Shown in pieces: positions 17,082 through 25,272 of a stretch of 64,000 nucleotides of DNA (positions are counted from its first letter, which is position 1; each line of letters opens with the position of its first letter). The notes below the pieces were generated by a model. That model was not told the origin of the DNA, made no database searches, and saw only the letters and a list, made by a program, of their open reading frames with translations. Both the position numbers and the translations under genes were made by a program. The stretch comes from a candidate division TM6 bacterium GW2011_GWF2_28_16 (GTDB lineage Bacteria; Babelota; Babeliae; Babelales; UASB340), in assembly GCA_000989185.1 (NCBI GenBank), contig LBNX01000003.1, positions 33,704 to 97,703 on the forward strand. The letters run 5' to 3'.

Positions 17082-18599
17082 TTAATTATTTAATTTTTCG
17101 TTAATAATTTGTTTAAATGCAACTTCATCTCTGCCACCAGAGAATCTGGCAACCTCTTGGCCATTTTCGAATAATATAAATGTAGGTACTCCTCTAATGC
17201 CCCAAATTTGGGCTAGAATTTCTACATTAGCAACATCTGTTTTTATAAATTTTATAGTGTTTAATTCTTTTGCTAATTTTTCAACAATAGGATGCATCAT
17301 TTTACAAGGGAAGCACCAGTGGGCATAAAAATCTGCAACAACTTTGCCTTTGTAATTTAAAACTTCTTTTGCAAATTGTTGCTCATCTGTAACTTCTATT
17401 ACAGAGCCGAATGTTTGAGATTTTTGGGTTAGGTTCTTTGTAGGTACACTTTTTTTTGCTGGTGCTATTTCTTGAACGTCTTGTTTTTCAGGCGTTATTT
17501 TTTGTGCTTGATCTTGCACATTATTTTCTATATTTGTGTTTGGTGTGCTAAAACCAATTTTTGCTAAAAAACTTTGTGCATGCATTGCTGATCTTGCACC
17601 ATCACCTGCTGCTATAATTAATTGTTTATATTCAGGTTCACAGACATCTCCACAGGCAAAGATACCAGATTTAGAAGTTTTTTGGTTTTTATGGGTTAAG
17701 ATATAACCTTGTTCATCTAAATCTATTTTATTTTTAAATAATTCTGTATTTGGTTTAGCACCTATGGCCAAGAACATGCCATCAATATTAAGTTCACTTG
17801 TACTATTATTTTTATTATTAAATATTTCTAATTTTATAACTTTGTTATTATCGCCAATAACTTTTTTAATATTAGTATTATAAATTATCTCAATATTACT
17901 TTTGTTTTTTACAGTATCTGTTTGTTTGCCAGAAGCTCTTAATGTATCTCTTCTTACTATTAAATAAACTTTTTTCGCAATATTAGAAAGATATAAAGCA
18001 TCTGTAATTGCTGTATTACCACCACCAACTATAGCAACAGTTTTCTCTTTATAAAATGGGCCATCGCATGTTGCACATTTAGAAACGCCGTGCCCAAAAT
18101 ATTCTTTTTCGCCTGGTATATCCAAAAAGTTTGCTGTAGCACCAGTTGCTATAATACAAGATAATGCTTGTATTATTTTATCTTGGTTATTTTCTTTTAT
18201 ATTTATTAAATATGGCCAAACAGAAAAATCTACAGAATTAACTTGAGCGTTTATTATATTTGCACCAGAAGATATAGCATGCTCTTTTATTTTATTAGCC
18301 AAATCTATGCCAGAGATATTTTTTTCACCAGGCCAGTTACAGACAGAGTGTGATGCTGTTATAGCTCCACCAGGGATTGTGCCTTCTAATAAAACATGTT
18401 TTATGTTGCCTTGGCTTAAATAAATACTGGATGTTAACCCTGCAAACCCACCACCAATGATTACAACTGGGTAAGTGCTATCGTCTATTTTTACAACACT
18501 GGCGTCTAATTTTTTGAAATTTTTGGTAGAAGAATAGTTAAGACAACCTACTAAAAATACTAAACATAATATTAACGTTAAATTTTTTATGGCCTTCAT
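17082..18599 (-). CDS. Thioredoxin reductase-thioredoxin fusion with N-terminal lipoprotein signal peptide
   Basis: 505 aa. The signal is MKAIKNLTLILCLVFLVGC (lipobox LVGC). It has FAD (VIIGGGFAG), CATCDG and NADPH (IVGGGNTA) motifs, a low-complexity linker, then a thioredoxin fold with WCFPC. Confidence 0.8.
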   Translation of the reverse strand: MKAIKNLTLILCLVFLVGCLNYSSTKNFKKLDASVVKIDDSTYPVVIIGGGFAGLTSSIYLSQGNIKHVLLEGTIPGGAITASHSVCNWPGEKNISGIDLANKIKEHAISSGANIINAQVNSVDFSVWPYLINIKENNQDKIIQALSCIIATGATANFLDIPGEKEYFGHGVSKCATCDGPFYKEKTVAIVGGGNTAITDALYLSNIAKKVYLIVRRDTLRASGKQTDTVKNKSNIEIIYNTNIKKVIGDNNKVIKLEIFNNKNNSTSELNIDGMFLAIGAKPNTELFKNKIDLDEQGYILTHKNQKTSKSGIFACGDVCEPEYKQLIIAAGDGARSAMHAQSFLAKIGFSTPNTNIENNVQDQAQKITPEKQDVQEIAPAKKSVPTKNLTQKSQTFGSVIEVTDEQQFAKEVLNYKGKVVADFYAHWCFPCKMMHPIVEKLAKELNTIKFIKTDVANVEILAQIWGIRGVPTFILFENGQEVARFSGGRDEVAFKQIINEKLNN

Positions 18600-18782
18600 G
18601 ATAATCTTTCGTTTATATAAATTTAATCAACTATAAAAATATTAGCAAAATCAAAACTTAAGTTAAGTGCTATAAAAATTAAATTTTTTGTATTTGTTGA
18701 TTGGCTTAAGTTTTTTATTGGATATTATTGTGAATAAAGAGATTAAGCAAAAATTAAAAAATTAAAGAGAAAGGGGATTAGC

Positions 18783-19916
18783 ATGTTTGCTGCTATCAAA
18801 AAAATGGGGTACAAAAAGATCGTTTTTATTTTATTTACGTTTATTTTGGCTATAAATTTTGCTTTTATTAGTAATAAAATTATGGCATTGCCAGATAGCT
18901 TAAATAGTCCAGAAAATATAAGTACTCAAGTAACAAATAAGAGTAATGTTGCTGAAAAAGCAAAAATAAGCTCTTTTTTTAATTTAGAAAATTTAAAACA
19001 AATATTTTCGCCCGAAAAATCTGTATTATATTTATTTATATTGGCATTTTTAATAGGTTTAATTACGAGTTTTACTCCATGTGTTTATCCTATGATTCCA
19101 ATAACTTTGGGAATATTACAAACCCAAGCTAGTGGGTCTGTATTAAGAAATTTTATGTTATCTGTAAGTTATGTTCTTGGTATTAGTACAATATATGCAT
19201 TTTTGGGTTATTTAGCTGCAACAACAGCTATTATGTTTGGTCAATGGTTAGCTAATCCATGGCTTATATTTTTTATAATATTATTTTTTATTTATTTAGC
19301 TTTTTCTATGTTTGGTTTTTACGAAATTAAAATGCCTCGTTTTTTAACTAAAAGAGAAAATGTAAGTGTTAAAGGTTCTTATTTTTATAGTTATTTATTT
19401 GGTTTAATTTCTGGCACAGTTGCATCTCCATGTTTAACACCATCGCTTGCTATAGTTTTGAGCTTTGTAGCAAAAGCTGGTAGCCCGGTAATAGGCTTTT
19501 TTGCCTTGTTTTTCTTTTCTTTAGGGATGGGGATTTTATTAATTTTAATTGGTACATTTTCAGCATCACTTTCTATTTTGCCAAGAGCTGGTATGTGGAT
19601 GATAGAGATTAAAAAGTTTTTTGGTTTTGTTTTGCTTTTTATGTCTATTTATTTTTTACAGCCATTATTGGGTGGATTTGCTGCATATAAATTATATGCG
19701 ATTTTAATTTTAATTTCTGGAGTTTATTATTTAGTAAAAGCTCAAAATAGTAAGATAAAAATTTATTTGGGTATTTTATTAATTATAAGTTCGTTAATAT
19801 TAACGGGATGGATTATAAGAGAAAAAAACACGAGAAGAACAAGGCTTTTGGCTACAAATTTAAAGCCTGACAGTATGCTTGTTTGTTTAAGTACCGCCAG
19901 GCACCAAAGATTATAA
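18783..19916 (+). CDS. CcdA/DsbD-family thiol:disulfide electron-transfer membrane protein
   Basis: 377 aa and polytopic. The conserved Cys motifs are FTPCVYPMIP and VASPCLTP. Confidence 0.8.
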   Translation: MFAAIKKMGYKKIVFILFTFILAINFAFISNKIMALPDSLNSPENISTQVTNKSNVAEKAKISSFFNLENLKQIFSPEKSVLYLFILAFLIGLITSFTPCVYPMIPITLGILQTQASGSVLRNFMLSVSYVLGISTIYAFLGYLAATTAIMFGQWLANPWLIFFIILFFIYLAFSMFGFYEIKMPRFLTKRENVSVKGSYFYSYLFGLISGTVASPCLTPSLAIVLSFVAKAGSPVIGFFALFFFSLGMGILLILIGTFSASLSILPRAGMWMIEIKKFFGFVLLFMSIYFLQPLLGGFAAYKLYAILILISGVYYLVKAQNSKIKIYLGILLIISSLILTGWIIREKNTRRTRLLATNLKPDSMLVCLSTARHQRL

Positions 19917-19920
19917 AAAA

Positions 19921-20355
19921 TTATAATAATTTATTAATAGCTTCTTCGAGTTCTTGTTCAGAAATTTCACCAGCAATTTGTGTTACAATATTATTATCTT
20001 TAAATAATACAAAAGTTGGTACACCTAGTATATTATATTTGTCTGTTATTTCGCCTAAATTGCTTGCATCAACTTTGAAAAAGTTTATTTTTGTAAAATA
20101 TTTATTTGCTAATTTTTCGTAAATAGGTTCCATAACTTTGCATGCGCTGCACCATTTAGTTTCGAACTTAACTACGCAAGGTTTTTGATTTGAAAAAACT
20201 TGGGAATCAAAGTCTTGAGAGCTTGTTATATTAATTATTTTTGAGTTTAAAGTTTCTTGAGAGATATTTATTTGATTGTCGTTGGTTTTTTTTTCTAAAG
20301 AATTACACCCAGAGAAAATAGTCAAAATTATTGTACCAATAAATATTTTTTTCAT
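19921..20355 (-). CDS. Periplasmic (lipoprotein) thioredoxin-like protein
   Basis: 144 aa. The signal MKKIFIGTIILTIFSGC is followed by a thioredoxin fold with WCSAC. Confidence 0.8.
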   Translation of the reverse strand: MKKIFIGTIILTIFSGCNSLEKKTNDNQINISQETLNSKIINITSSQDFDSQVFSNQKPCVVKFETKWCSACKVMEPIYEKLANKYFTKINFFKVDASNLGEITDKYNILGVPTFVLFKDNNIVTQIAGEISEQELEEAINKLL

Positions 20356-20490
20356 AATCTTTCTCCCCTTATTTAAATAAAAAAACTACTTAAAACTTAT
20401 AATATCTAGAAAAATTTTTATTGTATATATACCATTATTAAATATAATAAAAAAAGTAATAAAATTCAGTATTAGTTCAGGTATATAATA

Positions 20491-20763
20491 ATGACAAGAA
20501 AAAAATATTTTTCGCTACTATTTTTTATATCTGTTTCGTTTATGTTTTTTAAAATATATCAACATAATTTACTAATAAAATTAAACTATGAAAAACAGAG
20601 ATTAGAAATAAAAAAGGAACAACTAAAACAAAAGAAAAATTCGCTTTTGGTTGAATTTTTTAAATTAAAAGATTTTAAACGTATCAAAAATATTGCACAG
20701 CAAGACTTTGGGTTTCAAGATTTAAAACTATCCCAAATAAAAACATTTACTTGTGATGTTTAA
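20491..20763 (+). CDS. FtsL-like small bitopic division protein
   Basis: 90 aa with one TM plus a coiled coil, immediately upstream of ftsI. The call rests on position and architecture only. Confidence 0.45.
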   Translation: MTRKKYFSLLFFISVSFMFFKIYQHNLLIKLNYEKQRLEIKKEQLKQKKNSLLVEFFKLKDFKRIKNIAQQDFGFQDLKLSQIKTFTCDV

Positions 20764-20783
20764 AAAAAAGGATAAAAAAATAT

Positions 20784-22439
20784 ATGCTTAAAAATGATTA
20801 TAAGCCGAGAGTTGTAGTTGTTTTTATTGTTTTTTTATTGCTCTATTTAATAATTTTTACCAGACTTTATGTTTTACAAATCCATGGTAAAAATTTTTTT
20901 AAAAATTTGGCAGACCAACAATATTTGGTAGAACTTAAAATAAGCCCAGATAGAGCAAAAATTTACGATAGAACAGGTAAAAATCCATTAGCATTTAATA
21001 TTCAATCTTATTCTGCTTTTATTTTACCAAAACAATTTCAGGAAAAAGATAAAATTTTAAAATTTTTAAAAAATAATTATGATCATGTTTATAAAAAAAT
21101 TAATAAAAATAAACATGTTAAATTTTTGTGGTTAGAAAGGCATCTGACTACAGAAAAAGTTGAAAAATTTAAAAAATTAAAGCTTCAAGATATTTTATTT
21201 ATGCCTGAATCTTCTCGTTTTTATCCGTATAATTGTATAAGCCCAATTGTTGGTTTTACAGATATTGATAATATTGGTTTGGCCGGAATAGAACTGTTTT
21301 TTAATGACAGATTACAGGGCACTCCCACTACAATAGAAATAAAAAGAGACGCAAGAAATAGTGATTTTTATTTTGATAAAAAAATAATTCGAGAGGGAAA
21401 AAAAGGAAATTCTGTAATATTGACAATAGATTCTAAATTACAATTTTTAGCACAAGAAGAGTTAGAAAAAACTGTCAATGAATTTGAAGCTGCTCAGGGT
21501 TCTGTTTTGATTATGAATCCAGATAATGGCGAAATTTTGGTAATGGCAAATTATCCAGGTTTTGATCCAAATTCTGGCGTAATCGAAAATGTTGAAAATA
21601 CTAAAAATAAAATAGTAACAGAGTGTTATGAATTTGGTTCAGTAATAAAAACATTTGCAGCTCTTGCAGCATTGGAAGAAGGCTTGGTAACGCCAGATGA
21701 GATGATAGACTGTGAAGGTAAAGTAGCTTTTATAAATAATGTTAGAGTAGAAAATTGGAAATCTGTAGACACAATTTCATTTGCAGATGTTATTAAAAAT
21801 TCAAGTAATGTTGGAATTGCAAAAGTAGCTAGTCGACTTGGACCAAAGTTTTATAATCATTTAAAGCGTTTGGGTTTTGGGCAAAAATCAGGAATTTGGT
21901 TTCCGGGTGAACGTGCTGGTTTTGTAAATCCTCCACAGAATTGGTCTCGACCATCTTTAATTGTTATGTCTTTTGGTTATGAACTTATGGCAACTATTTT
22001 ACAGTTGGGTAAAGCTTTTTCTATTATTGCAAATGGTGGATATTCTGTAGAGCCTGTTTTGGTTAAAGATCCTGCAAGACCAAAAAATAGCTTTAGAAAA
22101 AAGATTTATAAATCAAAAACTATAAGCGATATAAAAAATATTTTAGAACCAATAGGTGCTTTATATGCTAAAAATCTAGAGGGCTTTAGAGTTATGGGTA
22201 AAACTGGTACAGCCAGAGGAATGGAAGACGGCAAATATTCTACAAAAAAACATGTATATTCTTTTGCAGGTATAGTAGAAAAAGGCGATTATAAAAGAGT
22301 TATTGTTACTTTTATAAAAGAACCTAAAGGCTCTGGTTGGTGGGCATCGCAAATAGCCGCACCTCTTTTTGCAAAAGTTGCCGAAAAAATGATTATTCAG
22401 GATTTAACGAGTAATTCTTTAAAAGAAGTAGAAAGTTAG
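20784..22439 (+). CDS. ftsI: Penicillin-binding protein 3-type transpeptidase
   Basis: 551 aa with an N-terminal TM. The motifs are SxxK (GSVIKT), SxN (SSN) and KTG (KTGTA). Confidence 0.9.
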   Translation: MLKNDYKPRVVVVFIVFLLLYLIIFTRLYVLQIHGKNFFKNLADQQYLVELKISPDRAKIYDRTGKNPLAFNIQSYSAFILPKQFQEKDKILKFLKNNYDHVYKKINKNKHVKFLWLERHLTTEKVEKFKKLKLQDILFMPESSRFYPYNCISPIVGFTDIDNIGLAGIELFFNDRLQGTPTTIEIKRDARNSDFYFDKKIIREGKKGNSVILTIDSKLQFLAQEELEKTVNEFEAAQGSVLIMNPDNGEILVMANYPGFDPNSGVIENVENTKNKIVTECYEFGSVIKTFAALAALEEGLVTPDEMIDCEGKVAFINNVRVENWKSVDTISFADVIKNSSNVGIAKVASRLGPKFYNHLKRLGFGQKSGIWFPGERAGFVNPPQNWSRPSLIVMSFGYELMATILQLGKAFSIIANGGYSVEPVLVKDPARPKNSFRKKIYKSKTISDIKNILEPIGALYAKNLEGFRVMGKTGTARGMEDGKYSTKKHVYSFAGIVEKGDYKRVIVTFIKEPKGSGWWASQIAAPLFAKVAEKMIIQDLTSNSLKEVES

Positions 22440-22518
22440 TAATTAATTCTTGAGTTAAAATTTTTTTTAATTAAGCTAAAAAAGCTTTTTGATAAATTTT
22501 AATTTAAGGGTTTTTATT

Positions 22519-23202
22519 ATGTTTAAAAAAATAATTTTATTTTTATCTTTTGCTTTTGTTTCGCAATGTGCTTTTTCTGGTAATTCGGTTGAATTGGGAT
22601 CAGGTTTTAATTCTGGTAATTTGCCTAATATTTTATTTGATAACTATAAAAAATATATTGAAAAAAATAATATAACAGATACAGAGGTAACGCGCTTAAA
22701 TTTTTTAGTTGATACATTAACAAAATATCTTGAACCTGAAAATGAATATTATCAAATTTTTTCACAACAAAATTTACTTGAGTCATTTGCAAAAAAATTT
22801 GAAATAGAAAAGTTGTTTTTAATTAACTTTGATAAAAATTATAAACCTGGTGATTATTACATTCATTGGTTAATTAGAACAGAAAAATTAAATTTTGAAC
22901 TAAAATATAAAAATATAAAAAATTTGTTGGTTGATGATGTTGATCCAAATGTTTTAGATGCCGAAAATAAAACCCCAATAGATTTAGTTTTAAAAAATAA
23001 TTTTACCGTAGAATTTGCTAAATTATTTTGTGATTTTAAGGTAAACATTTATCCACACACTTATGATTTATTAAAAGATTATGAACCTGAAGATTTTAGT
23101 CAAGAAACATGGATTGATATTTTTGAGAAGTTTAAAAATAATTGTAAAGACTGTGAAGAAATATCAAAAGATGTAAAAACTGAAAAAAACGTTGAAAATT
23201 AA
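22519..23202 (+). CDS. Hypothetical secreted protein (C-terminal ANK-like remnant)
   Basis: The ATG at 22519 follows AAGGGTTTTTATT. It has the signal-like MFKKIILFLSFAFVSQCAFS. The C-terminus (DAENKTPIDLVLKNNF) resembles that of the next gene. Confidence 0.55.
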   Translation: MFKKIILFLSFAFVSQCAFSGNSVELGSGFNSGNLPNILFDNYKKYIEKNNITDTEVTRLNFLVDTLTKYLEPENEYYQIFSQQNLLESFAKKFEIEKLFLINFDKNYKPGDYYIHWLIRTEKLNFELKYKNIKNLLVDDVDPNVLDAENKTPIDLVLKNNFTVEFAKLFCDFKVNIYPHTYDLLKDYEPEDFSQETWIDIFEKFKNNCKDCEEISKDVKTEKNVEN

Positions 23203-23288
23203 ACAAAAACACGTTTTTCTATCTGTAATATTTTTGCTATAATAAATATGTGTAAAAGTTAGAAAATCGTTTAAAAATGGGGGTTTTT

Positions 23289-24359
23289 ATGAAAATGTAT
23301 TCAAAAATTATATTATTTTTGTGCTTTTTAGGTGTTTCTCATGATTATGTGAATGCTTCTATTAGAAAAAAGTTGAGAAAGAAGAGAAATCCTAATAATA
23401 TGCTTGAGCGTGAGTTAAAAAGATTAAAAATAAAAAAAGAAGAAGATATAATTTGGTTAGAAAAGTGTCCATATTCTTTACGTAGTAAAATTTTTTCAAA
23501 ATTAGACTTAAATAGTTTGTTAAAAACAGCAGAGTTAAATAAAGTTCTTTATAAAGATGTCTGTGATTTTGTATTTTATAAATTAGAAAATAAACAAGGT
23601 CAATTGGTATTTTTAGCTTATTTTAAAGAATGGGAATTATTAAAAAATAAGTTAAATGAATTTAAAGAAAATACTATTTCGGTACCGTATGAATTTAAAG
23701 ATATAAATCCATTAATATTAATGATAGAAAATCAAGCTCCTGTAGAGATAATAGAATTAATGGTTGATATGTATCCACATTTTTTATTTATACATAATGC
23801 AAGACTTACTTATGCTTTTACTGGATTTGAAAATTCATATCATAGGTATGCAGCTCTTGGAACATTGCTTATTAATTTTAAAAATTATGAAAAAGAATGG
23901 TTTTATGAGGTTTTGGATATTATATTATCAATAAATAGAGATTTTTTATTTCGTATTTCTGAATTTCAGGAAGATTATGATGATTTTGATTCGTATTTAC
24001 ATTGGGTATTAAAAACAAAAAATATGGATCATGATACTAAGATTGATGTTCTTCAGCAATTTTTAACTTATGGCGCTAATCTAAATAAATTGAATAACGA
24101 AGAAAAAACTCCATTACATATTGTAATAGAAAATAAAATGAGTTTAGATTTTATAGTTTTATTAATTGATGCAGACGCTGTAGTAGATCAAGATATTATT
24201 GATACTTTTGAACAAAATTATAAGGATCAAGAAGATAAAACGGAATATGAAGAATTTTTAAATATTCTTAAAGTACATTTTAATTATAATCCTGAAATTG
24301 AAAATAATTTAGTCTTTGCAAATAATAGCGATGATTTTGCTTCTGGTTTAGAAGATTAA
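23289..24359 (+). CDS. F-box-like plus ankyrin-repeat protein
   Basis: The ATG at 23289 follows GGGGGTTTTT. The F-box-like block is WLEKCPYSLRSKIFSKLDLNSLLKTAELNKVLYKDVCD (about 23448-23567). ANK-like GANLNKLNNEEKTPLHIVIEN lies near the C-terminus. Confidence 0.6.
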   Translation: MKMYSKIILFLCFLGVSHDYVNASIRKKLRKKRNPNNMLERELKRLKIKKEEDIIWLEKCPYSLRSKIFSKLDLNSLLKTAELNKVLYKDVCDFVFYKLENKQGQLVFLAYFKEWELLKNKLNEFKENTISVPYEFKDINPLILMIENQAPVEIIELMVDMYPHFLFIHNARLTYAFTGFENSYHRYAALGTLLINFKNYEKEWFYEVLDIILSINRDFLFRISEFQEDYDDFDSYLHWVLKTKNMDHDTKIDVLQQFLTYGANLNKLNNEEKTPLHIVIENKMSLDFIVLLIDADAVVDQDIIDTFEQNYKDQEDKTEYEEFLNILKVHFNYNPEIENNLVFANNSDDFASGLED

Positions 24360-24381
24360 TAATAAAATTTAATTATAAAAA

Positions 24382-24404
24382 AATCCCGGATAAAACTTCC
24401 GGGA
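24382..24404. terminator. Bidirectional hairpin terminator
   Basis: ATCCCGGA-taaaact-TCCGGGAT is flanked by an A-run and a T-run. The stem sequence matches the arms of the B-short repeat. Confidence 0.65.
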
Positions 24405-24442
24405 TTTTTTTTGTTTAAATAAATTTTTTAAAAATATTTTAT

Positions 24443-25219
24443 TTATAAAATAGCTTTAAATTCTTCAAAAATTTGATCTGGTGTTTTTTGTGAAACACTT
24501 AATATTTCTATATTTATACCAGAATCTTGATACGCTTTTATAAGCTCATCTTCGTTTTTATAATAAACATCAAATCTTTGTGAAATAACTTCTGGCTTAT
24601 CATCATTTCTTTGTATTAAAACACTACTACATTTTAAGCATTTGCCTGCAGCAATTTCTGGCATAGAGGTATTATAAACAGCCTGACAAGATTTATTAGG
24701 GCAAACGCGTCTATTAACAAGTCTATTGGTTATCTCGCCTTTTGATATTTCTAGTTTTACTACTCTAAAATTATGTTCGGGTAAATTATTTTTAATTAAA
24801 GTTATTAATTTTTGAGCTTGAACATCTGTTCTTGGAAATCCATCTAAAATTATTTGTCTATCTGTATCTTTTACAGATAACAGCCATTCCTTTACCATGC
24901 TAATTACAAGATCGTCTGGTACTAGTTCGCCTTTGTCCATATACTTTTTAAGTTCTTGGCCAATAGTAGTATTGTTTGCAATATGTTGTCTGAATAAATC
25001 ACCTGTCGAAAGAACGATAAAATTTAATTTGCTTGCTGCTTGTTGAGCTAATGTGCCTTTGCCAGCACCAGGAGCACTTAAAAATGTGAATATAAATTTT
25101 TTATTTTTTAGCATGTTATTTTTGACCTCTTTACTATTATTTATAAAATTAGAGCAACCTGATAATAAAATTAAACAAAAAATAAATATATTTGTCACGA
25201 TCTTAGTTATTGTCTGCAT
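24443..25219 (-). CDS. adk: Adenylate kinase with an in-frame N-terminal lipoprotein signal peptide (alternative internal start at 25114)
   Basis: P-loop SAPGAGKGT and Zn-lid Cys pairs (CPNKSC...CLKC) are present. The 35-codon extension MQTITKIVTNIFIFCLILLSGC has a classic lipobox. Both ATGs have SD-like purine runs upstream. Confidence 0.85.
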   Translation of the reverse strand: MQTITKIVTNIFIFCLILLSGCSNFINNSKEVKNNMLKNKKFIFTFLSAPGAGKGTLAQQAASKLNFIVLSTGDLFRQHIANNTTIGQELKKYMDKGELVPDDLVISMVKEWLLSVKDTDRQIILDGFPRTDVQAQKLITLIKNNLPEHNFRVVKLEISKGEITNRLVNRRVCPNKSCQAVYNTSMPEIAAGKCLKCSSVLIQRNDDKPEVISQRFDVYYKNEDELIKAYQDSGINIEILSVSQKTPDQIFEEFKAIL

Positions 25220-25272
25220 ATGTACCCCATAAAAATAAAATTTTACTAAAAAATAATTAATTTAAAAATTAT

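Noticed and set aside
16907-17104. Track ORF 16907-17104 (+)
   Set aside because: It is composed almost entirely of intergenic GC-rich hairpins. It has a TTG start, no RBS, and overlaps the 3' end of the TrxR-Trx gene.
19883-20122. Track ORF 19883-20122 (+)
   Set aside because: It lies opposite the well-supported lipoprotein thioredoxin gene (19921-20355) and has a low-complexity translation with no RBS.
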